Under the pieces are notes generated by a model, which saw only the letters and a list, made by a program, of their open reading frames with translations, made no database searches and had not been told where the DNA came from. From assembly GCA_963815195.1 (NCBI GenBank), contig CAWFGE010000015.1:352001-416000 (forward strand): a DNA stretch of 64,000 nt, read 5' to 3'. The stretch is from an uncultured Planctomycetaceae bacterium. Lineage in GTDB: Bacteria; Planctomycetota; Planctomycetia; Planctomycetales; Planctomycetaceae. Below, one piece after another: positions 54,903-61,900 of this stretch (its first letter is position 1; each line of letters opens with the position of its first letter). The position numbers and the translations under genes were made by a program.

Positions 54903-55012
54903 ACGACTCCACACAGGATTACACCGTCGATGAACAAGGCAATTTTGATCCTCAATTCGAGAAATTCAAAATGGACAATTTGAAGATCATTCGCTCAATC
55001 CTTCAACCTTAA
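54902..55012 (+). pseudogene. Start-less C-terminal gene fragment beginning at a REP end
   Basis: 36 open codons (HDSTQDYTVDEQGNFDPQFEKFKMDNLKIIRSILQP*) followed by GGAG RBS and ATG at 55027. Confidence 0.5.
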
Positions 55013-55026
55013 ATCTGGAGAACAAG

Positions 55027-55951
55027 ATGTTTCGATTTAGCCTTCTCACAATAACCGTATTTGGTTTGATGGTCGCCCCGGCCAAGTGCGAAGATCCTAA
55101 ACTCGAATTAAAGCTCTCCGTTTCCAAGAGCGAAATCGTTCAATTGGAGCCAATTGTTCTAACAGTCTCTGTGCAAAATCTGTCGAAAGAACCTCAAAAA
55201 ATTTATCCGATATTTGATCCAGATGCACATTACCTAAAGATTTTCTTAACAACGGACGAAGGAAAGACCTCTTGGGTACGTTCAGGACTAATTAGCGATA
55301 TTTCCTGCAAGCCATACACGTTTTCTCCAAAGGACGTGATCCGCTATAGGCTGATGCTTTCGGGACAACCCAAGGACTGGACGGATAGGCCGGGCGAGTA
55401 TAAATTGCACATTACGTTTAGTTGTCTCAAAGACGCCAAACCGCTGGAATCCAAGCCGGTGAAGTTGACCGTCAAACCGGCGGAAGGGGTCGATAAAGAG
55501 GCTCTGGATCGGTTTCGCGGGTATCCGCAAGCCGAGTTTCTCGCCAGGGGATCGACAGCCGAGGCCATCGCTGAACAATTTCGGTTCGTGATCCGAAAAT
55601 TTCTCGAACGATCTTTATACCCCGTGGTGTTATTACATCCTGGGCTGGGCCGCGCAAAACGACGACTTTGCCTCACAGGAGTCAAAAGCAGATGCTGCCA
55701 GAGATTATTATGGAAGGCTTCTCAAGGAATATCCGAAATTCCCCATGAAGACCGAAGTGGAATACGAAATGGCCCGCGAGTTATTGCGGCTGGGAAAGGA
55801 TGATGAGGCAGCCATCGACCAAATCGAAAGCCTTGTCAACAAACATAAAGACCTCAATGTGTTTCGGGATGCTAGTTTCACATTAAATTCATTCCGTGAA
55901 AGAGGCAGAATCGCCCCCGCAGAAGAATTGCCGCCCCACTATCCGCAATAA
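55027..55951 (+). CDS. Orphan secreted protein (frameshift near 55600)
   Basis: Signal peptide and beta-rich N-domain; TPR-like tail (EVEYEMARELLRLGKDDEAA) in ORF 55745-55951; lower GC. Confidence 0.65.
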
Positions 55952-56160
55952 CCCGAAACCGCCATGTCTCCCCACGGCCTCAAAGGTCGTGAGGATTCTT
56001 CTTCAGAAAGAATTGGACTCGTCCCGAATCCGAGGTTATAGTGAAGACGACATGGGAATTTTACTGCACTGGAAATGCACGCAATGGGTGCCAGAAGGGG
56101 CAAAATCAAGCCGATGCGAGCGAATGCGAGTTGCACATCTAAGCCTAGAAAACAGTAAGT

Positions 56161-56302
56161 GTAGGGCAGGCTCCTGCCTGCCTTCCTTAACAGCATTTCC
56201 CGACTATGTGGAAACCTTCAACCGGGGACGTGGGCTCGACGATCAATGGGCGTCCTCGCATCCAACCGAAGGAAGGCAGGCGGGAGCCTGCCCTACTCGG
56301 CT
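56161..56302. repeat. GTAG REPIN, variant C
   Basis: GTAGGGCAGGCTCCTGCCTGCCTTCC...GGAAGGCAGGCGGGAGCCTGCCCTAC-TCGGCT; inverted relative to 54583-54700. Confidence 0.9.
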
Positions 56303-56884
56303 GGGCGGCCATTTCTAGCGCTCGAGGCACCTTCAACAGACTTGACAACGGCTCCAAAGCTTGGGAGTGTACCACGGGTTCGTCAAAAGTTTGACGCCAC
56401 ACAACTCAGCGAAGAAGCGGTCGACATTGCAATTGCGAAGTCGATCCGCCGAAAATCGGGGGCAACCGGCAACTCATCAAGACAAATTGTAGCAACACAG
56501 GATCAAGCCGAATTCATTTTGAAGAAAATGACCGTATGGCGTAGAAATGTGCATGCCGAGAATCCACATTTGGCGTCCTTGCCTTCCAACGTTAAAGGCA
56601 CAATCCTGCATAGTTCCGTATCGAAAAGGATGAGGCGACTAAATGTTGCTGGCTTACGGATTAATGAAAGGTTGTACTCACCGTTCCATGCACCCGGCAC
56701 GAGTCAGTATCGGAGTCCCATAACCGGTCAACCCTACACTTACCGAATTCCCGACTTTAGGATGCAACCTACTATCTTCGATATCAAGCCGAAAGGAACT
56801 CCGCTCACGGGTCCTCAAGTCGATGACTTCATGTCATTTGGTAACACCAATGACATTCGATTTATCTATTACAGACCATTTTGA
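56303..56884 (+). pseudogene. Orphan polymorphic-toxin C-terminus, PD-(D/E)xK nuclease-like
   Basis: GTILHS...YRIPDF...IFDIKP motifs; the ORF-track start lies inside the REP. Confidence 0.65.
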
Positions 56885-56889
56885 TTGAG

Positions 56890-57297
56890 ATGAATAAAAT
56901 GCTGACCCGAGCTGAAATATTGAAAATGCTTGTTGGTTTGAAAGAGGTCAACGACATTGACCTGCTAATGGATGATGACATATTGAATGCCAGTTGCATT
57001 GAATCAGACAAGCCAACCGTTCGAGCTATGGCTACCATCATCGACCAGATCTACAACGACTTCGACTACGAGTCAAGTCCTGAGTTTTTGCAGAAGATCG
57101 AGGGCAAGTCCGAGCAAGTGCAAGCCATGCATCGAAGGTTGCTTAACGAGGAAAAGCTCAAGCAGGCAGGAAAGCGACTTGGCGAATCGCTAACGGCCAT
57201 TTTGGATTCAGAAGATGCCTTTAATCTCGTGACTGTTGCTCATCATGACCGATTGGAGGCACTAAAGGAACTAGCAAAGTCACTATCTGAAACGTAG
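56890..57297 (+). CDS. Putative immunity protein
   Basis: Small acidic protein starting 6 bp after the toxin-tip stop. Confidence 0.6.
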   Translation: MNKMLTRAEILKMLVGLKEVNDIDLLMDDDILNASCIESDKPTVRAMATIIDQIYNDFDYESSPEFLQKIEGKSEQVQAMHRRLLNEEKLKQAGKRLGESLTAILDSEDAFNLVTVAHHDRLEALKELAKSLSET

Positions 57298-57688
57298 GTT
57301 CATTGCCGTTGCCCGTGTGTGCCCGTCTTAATTCTGATCGCATTCGTTGCCGAATTAACGCTGTAGGGGTTTTGGCTTGTTGATTGCCGTTTTGCCGAAT
57401 TGTTGCGAATTCTGGAGAGGGTGGGTGCGATGGTCTTGGACAACTCGCATCTTGCGTTGCTGTTCGTTGGTCGTTGGTCGCGGACAGAAGGTCACCCGCG
57501 CGCCACTCGCACATGTTCCACCACATCCTCCCGCACGCCCTCGCAAACCAAGCGAACGCCCGCAGGCAACCCAGAAGCCACCATCCAAAGCCCGCCAGCA
57601 TCCGTGCCCCCATACTGCCATTCCTCCTGTTCGGCGACGATTGGTTTTCCACTTTAGCGGCGATTAGAATTTCTGCCGAGTCGGTGAA

Positions 57689-57958
57689 TTAACGCTCCGA
57701 AGGTGCCTGTGAGTCTTTGCCAGATTTGGCTTCTTTTGCCGTTTCCACGCGGTAGCTGGGGACGTTCAATTCCAGGATGACGCTGTGGTGGACTAGGCGG
57801 TCGATGGCCGCGGCGGTCGTCATCGCGTCCTTGAAGATTTGGTCCCACTTGCTGAAGGCCAGGTTGCTCGTCAAGAGCACGCTGCCGCGTTCGTAGCGTT
57901 CGGCCAACAGCGTAAACAGCACTTCCATCTCCTCGCGACTTTGCTGCACATAGCCGAG
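57689..57958 (-). pseudogene. istB: 3' fragment of IS21-family ATPase IstB
   Basis: LGYVQQSREEMEVLFTLLAERYERGSVLLTSNLAFSKW...AAAIDRLVHHS...PSYR; the 5' part is replaced by REP D. Confidence 0.88.
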
Positions 57959-58096
57959 TAGGGCCGGCTGTGCCGGCCTTTTGTTTTTGACACAACGATT
58001 TTTCTCGCACCAAATGGCCGGCATACCCAGCCGCCAATTGGGCATAAGTATGATTCCCTTCGTCGAAAAGGCCGGCACAGCCGGCCCTACTCGGCT
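57952..58096. repeat. GTAG REPIN, variant D (145 bp)
   Basis: AGCCGAGTAGGGCCGGCTGTGCCGGCCTTTT...AAAAGGCCGGCACAGCCGGCCCTACTCGGCT terminal inverted repeats. Confidence 0.92.
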
Positions 58097-58821
58097 TATT
58101 TGGCATCCGGCAAAAGCGTTTTGGCCCCTGTTTCGATCTTCTTCAAAGTGAAAACAAACGTCGTCGTGCGGGGACGATTGGGATTGAGCAAATCTTGAAA
58201 CTCCACCTTCGCGGCAAGCAGCCCCGTGGGAACTTTCCCGTGGGACCAGAATTGATAGTGGCATTTTGCGGATTGCTGGCCGTCTTGAAAGGTCTTTAGG
58301 GCCTTGGTGCCGGCTTTTGCGACGAGTTTTCCCGATTGATACTCGACAGTCTTCGCCTCGTTGAGTTCCGACATTTCTTTGAAAGCATTCGGGAGAAAAA
58401 ACGCCGCCAGATAAGCATCCTTGGTCTTGGCAAAATTCTGTTCGACGCGTCGTGCTTTAAGCGAAGTTCCTCCAACCCAAATTCGCTTGATGCCATCCAG
58501 GGACGACTTGCCGTTGCCAATCTGTTGCTCGGAAACCAGGATTTTTTGAACCATGTGGACGATCGGTTTGCCTTCATTGAGATCGCGAATCACAAATTCC
58601 AGCCATCGGCAAGGCTCGCCGTCTTCAGTGGTGCGGTTGAGCGTCTTGACAATCAACTCGGCCACCATGGGATCCTTCTGGCCCTCGCCTTTGAGTTCGA
58701 GATGGTAATAAACCGCCTCGCCTTCTTTGGGCAATCGCTGCACCAGAAAATTCGCAAAAGCCGAGTTCGTATGTCCCGCGGCAGCGAGGAGCACAACAAG
58801 TTTAAGGAGATTTCGCATCAT
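58096..58821 (-). CDS. Orphan secreted hypothetical protein
   Basis: 241 aa with signal peptide; stop codon abuts REP D. Confidence 0.75.
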   Translation of the reverse strand: MMRNLLKLVVLLAAAGHTNSAFANFLVQRLPKEGEAVYYHLELKGEGQKDPMVAELIVKTLNRTTEDGEPCRWLEFVIRDLNEGKPIVHMVQKILVSEQQIGNGKSSLDGIKRIWVGGTSLKARRVEQNFAKTKDAYLAAFFLPNAFKEMSELNEAKTVEYQSGKLVAKAGTKALKTFQDGQQSAKCHYQFWSHGKVPTGLLAAKVEFQDLLNPNRPRTTTFVFTLKKIETGAKTLLPDAK

Positions 58822-58860
58822 CGGGCCTTTCGCAAGAGAGTATTCCGGTTTTATCGAAGA

Positions 58861-58977
58861 TTAAGCGAATATGAGCCTTCCACGCGGCGTAGGTATCGGA
58901 CGGCCGAGTTCCTTTGCCGTCTCAATCCACTCCCGGATGACGACTTCCATATTCGCGAGCGCCTCCTGGTAAGTTTC
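58861..58977 (-). pseudogene. hicB: C-terminal half of a HicB-family antitoxin
   Basis: ETYQEALANMEVVIREWIETAKELGRPIPTPRGRLIFA*, starting immediately after the REP end CCCTAC. Confidence 0.82.
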
Positions 58978-59047
58978 GTAGGGTGGGCACTGCGGTGGGC
59001 ACTGCCCACCAATTCTAAAAAACTCCGATTGGTGGGCGGTGCCCACC
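58978..59047. repeat. GTAG REP pair, variant E, interrupted by an IS
   Basis: GTAG-GGTGGGC-ACT-GC (12-bp duplication) ...GCCCACC; the partner at 59031-59047 lacks its CTAC where the IS begins. Confidence 0.82.
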
Positions 59048-60515
59048 CACCCCTTTCAACATGTTAGTTTTTTGCTATAAGTCGCTTCTACAGGGATTGT
59101 TGTATCAAACCTTATGGAGGCGGCAAGGATGTGGCCCGACGCTGTGCTTGATCGTTTTGTGGAACAATGTCCAGCAGCAGTGATGGTTCGAGCGACGCTC
59201 GAGAATCTTGTGTCGCCGGATCGCCTGGATGAGATTTTCGCCGACGCTTCGCAGAGACAATACGAGAAAGAATTGCTGTTTTCGCAAGTGGTGGCCCTGA
59301 TGATGGGCGTGGCGACGCGGACGCACAAGTCGGTCCATGCCGGGTACTTGGCGGCCAAGGAGCAACTGGCGGTTTCGCCGGCCGCACTTTATGGCAAGTT
59401 GAACCGTCTGGAACCCGGCCTTTCGGCGACGATGATCCGGGAAACGAGCCAGGACGCGGCTCAAGTCATCGATTCCATGCCGGGAGCGTGCCGCGAACTT
59501 TTGCCGGGCTATCACGTGCAGTATTTGGATGGGAATCATTTGGCGGCGACTGAGCATCGGCTGGCGGAATTGCGCGTCACGCGGGAAGGCCCTTTGCCCG
59601 GCCAGACCTTGGCGCTTCTGGACGCGCAGCGGGATCTGATTTCGGAACTGCTCCCGTGTGAAGACGGGCATGCTCAGGAACGTTCGCTTCTGCCGGAGCT
59701 TCTGGAATGGATCCGGGCCGAGACGGTGACAATCGCCGACCGGAACTTCTGCACGACCAAGTTTCTGTTTGGAATTGTCAAGCAGTCGGCCTACTTTGTC
59801 ATTCGCCAACACGCTTCGACACTCACCTGGAAACTCGTCGGTCGCCGGAAACGCATCGGACGCATCGAAACGGGTGTTGTTTTCGAGCAGTCGGCCGAGC
59901 TGTCCCAGGGTGAAGAGACGTTGCGAGTCCGGCGGATCACCATCCAATTGGATACGCCCACAGAGAATGGTGACACTGAGATTCACATCCTGACCAACTT
60001 GCCTGTCAAAGTCGCCAATGCGCAAAAAGTGGCTTTTCTGTATCGCAAGCGCTGGACGATTGAAGAAGCCTTCCAAACTCTGACCGAGGTGTTGCGCTGC
60101 GAAGTGGAGACGCTGGGCTACCCCAAGGCGGCGCTGTTCGCCTTCGCCACGGCGGTTTTGGCTTATAACACCTATGCCGTGGTGAAAGCGGCGCTGCGAT
60201 CGGTTCACGGTGAAGAAACGATCGATGAAGAACTGTCGGACTACCACCTGACGCAGGACGTGACTGCCACGACGGTGGGCATGAACATTGCCGTGGACGC
60301 CGAAGCCTGGCAACACTATCAAATCATGTCTGCTGGAAAACTTGCGAGCGAGTTGGTGCGACTTGCTACACGCATCGACTTGACGCGTTACCCCAAAAAG
60401 AAACGCGGGCCGAAAAAACCACAGCCTCGAAAAAAGAGCGGCAAACGGAATCACCATATCTCCACCGCGCGAACTCTGGCCAAATCCAGGGGTAAGTGAC
60501 ATGTTGAAAGGGGTG
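59048..60515 (+). mobile_element. IS4-superfamily insertion sequence (1468 bp)
   Basis: Perfect 17-bp terminal IRs CACCCCTTTCAACATGT (59048-59064) and ACATGTTGAAAGGGGTG (60499-60515); no target duplication visible. Confidence 0.88.
59114..60499 (+). CDS. IS4-family DDE transposase
   Basis: YLDGNH, IADRNF and the YREK-type LYRKRWTIEEAFQTL motif. Confidence 0.92.
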   Translation: MEAARMWPDAVLDRFVEQCPAAVMVRATLENLVSPDRLDEIFADASQRQYEKELLFSQVVALMMGVATRTHKSVHAGYLAAKEQLAVSPAALYGKLNRLEPGLSATMIRETSQDAAQVIDSMPGACRELLPGYHVQYLDGNHLAATEHRLAELRVTREGPLPGQTLALLDAQRDLISELLPCEDGHAQERSLLPELLEWIRAETVTIADRNFCTTKFLFGIVKQSAYFVIRQHASTLTWKLVGRRKRIGRIETGVVFEQSAELSQGEETLRVRRITIQLDTPTENGDTEIHILTNLPVKVANAQKVAFLYRKRWTIEEAFQTLTEVLRCEVETLGYPKAALFAFATAVLAYNTYAVVKAALRSVHGEETIDEELSDYHLTQDVTATTVGMNIAVDAEAWQHYQIMSAGKLASELVRLATRIDLTRYPKKKRGPKKPQPRKKSGKRNHHISTARTLAKSRGK

Positions 60516-60590
60516 ATTGACCGCATCGTAACTGTAGCTGTACCGGCCCGTGGCATCGCTCATGAGGGTTCGGTTGCCGACGCTATCGAA
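60516..60590 (-). pseudogene. Rhs/YD-repeat fragment
   Basis: Reads FDSVGNRTLMSDATGRYSYSYDAVN, cut at the IS right end. Confidence 0.75.
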
Positions 60591-60665
60591 GGGTGTCCTA
60601 ATTCCGAACGCCCTCTTGGCATCTTTTGGCCAGCACAGCTTTACCCGACAATTCTGATTGGCCCT

Positions 60666-60959
60666 TCAGAAATTTTGGTAACCAATAGTTCTGAGTATCT
60701 CCATATCAAGCAAAAAAAAGACGCGTAGCCAATAAAATGGCTTTACAATGATACTGTCAGGAAAATAAGCCACCCACCAAATCACTGGTTGGTATAACAA
60801 AACCCACCAAGTGGGAGGGGCAAATCCAAAAAAACCACCTTGGCCCTCTGGGACGATTAACCCTTCCATATCAGCCCAACATCGAAGAGTTGGAGCTGCA
60901 CTAGCAAGATAGAGGAACGCAAATACAGAAAAATCCAACCACGGAAGAGACAATACCAT
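60666..60959 (-). CDS. Small orphan membrane protein (immunity-like context)
   Basis: 97 aa, hydrophobic, AT-rich DNA. Confidence 0.55.
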   Translation of the reverse strand: MVLSLPWLDFSVFAFLYLASAAPTLRCWADMEGLIVPEGQGGFFGFAPPTWWVLLYQPVIWWVAYFPDSIIVKPFYWLRVFFLLDMEILRTIGYQNF

Positions 60960-61082
60960 AGCAATACGAACAGCTTTCTCACGCTTTACATCCTTCTGCT
61001 TATTGGGTGAACCTATTCCTTCGGTTCGGTAAGCCCTACTTTAATCGCCAAGTTCTGTTTTGTTGTGGAAATGTTTTGAGCG

Positions 61083-61354
61083 AGCCGAGTAGGGCCGGCT
61101 GTGCCGGCCTTTTGTTTTTGACACAACGATTTTTCTCGCACCAAATGGCCGGCATACCCAGCCGCCAATTGGGCATAAGTATGATTCCCTTCGTCGAAAA
61201 GGCCGGCACAGCCGAGTAGGGCCGGCTGTGCCGGCCTTTTGTTTTTGACACAACGATTTTTCTCGCACCAAATGGCCGGCATACCCAGCCGCCAATTGGG
61301 CATAAGTATGATTCCCTTCGTCGAAAAGGCCGGCACAGCCGGCCCTACTCGGCT
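61083..61354. repeat. Tandem pair of REPIN D
   Basis: Copies at 61083 and 61210 match 57952-58096; fused through an AGCCG microhomology at 61210-61214. Confidence 0.92.
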
Positions 61355-61482
61355 GGTTACAAGATATGATGAATAACCACATAGGACATGAATGCGCAGG
61401 TAAAGTCGCGTTCGCTATGGCCCCTTGGGGTTTATTTAAATGTATAACGTGTGATGATTGCTGTAAAACGAAGAGGAGATAA
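61354..61482 (+). pseudogene. Start-less Cys-rich C-terminal fragment (toxin-tip-like)
   Basis: WLQDMMNNHIGHECAGKVAFAMAPWGLFKCITCDDCCKTKRR*, beginning at the REP end; next ATG 4 bp after the stop. Confidence 0.55.
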
Positions 61483-61485
61483 TGA

Positions 61486-61806
61486 ATGCCGAAAGGATCT
61501 GTAACTAACTCGCATTTGCTGAAGTGTTACAGCATCACCTTTTTAATCATAGGTGCGTGCCTTTTGCTCTATTCTGTTTTGGGAAGCCCGTTGTACACTT
61601 ACGCATTAGCCGAACTGATCGAAGAACGTATTTCACAAAACTCTAACCCAAACGATACACGAATGACCATTTGGGAGCTTCTTTCAGCGAGGAACTTTGT
61701 TGGGAATATAGTAATGGGAGTTTCCGGAGGATTAATCTCCTTATTGTCAGTTTTATCATACTGGACGATACGGCAACTGGGCCAATCTGGACAGGAAGTG
61801 ACGTAG
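61486..61806 (+). CDS. Small two-TM orphan protein (immunity-like context)
   Basis: 106 aa, AT-rich, GAGGAG RBS upstream. Confidence 0.65.
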   Translation: MPKGSVTNSHLLKCYSITFLIIGACLLLYSVLGSPLYTYALAELIEERISQNSNPNDTRMTIWELLSARNFVGNIVMGVSGGLISLLSVLSYWTIRQLGQSGQEVT

Positions 61807-61813
61807 CCTCGTG

Positions 61814-61897
61814 GTGCGGACCGATCCGACTACATCCTCACACCGCAATTGGTCCTCACAGCCTCGTAGGCTCCGGGCAGCGCGGTGCCCACCCTAC
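61814..61897. repeat. Degenerate REP remnants (F and E types)
   Basis: GTGCGGACC, GGTCCTCACAGC and GCGGTGCCCACCCTAC. Confidence 0.65.
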
Positions 61898-61900
61898 CTT

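Noticed and set aside
57298..57688. Gene or structured RNA between the immunity-like gene and the istB fragment
   Set aside because: Several overlapping short ORFs without recognisable features; 57655-57688 may be an IS21 end, but no complete terminal repeat is identifiable.
59105..60556. 483-aa minus-strand ORF
   Set aside because: Antisense to the IS4 transposase.
57654..61382. Repeated small ORFs (MPAFSTKGIILMPNWRLG..., PSRAGCAGLFDEGNH...)
   Set aside because: Translations of REP element D, not genes. The same applies to the MAPAFGMRSS ORFs at 4507-4954 and the ORFs at 36076 and 37157.
54583..61897. Classical integron cassette array (attC sites)
   Set aside because: Repeats have GTAG-hairpin ends rather than RYYYAAC/GTTRRRY boxes, genes point in both directions, and many are truncated; no intI nearby.
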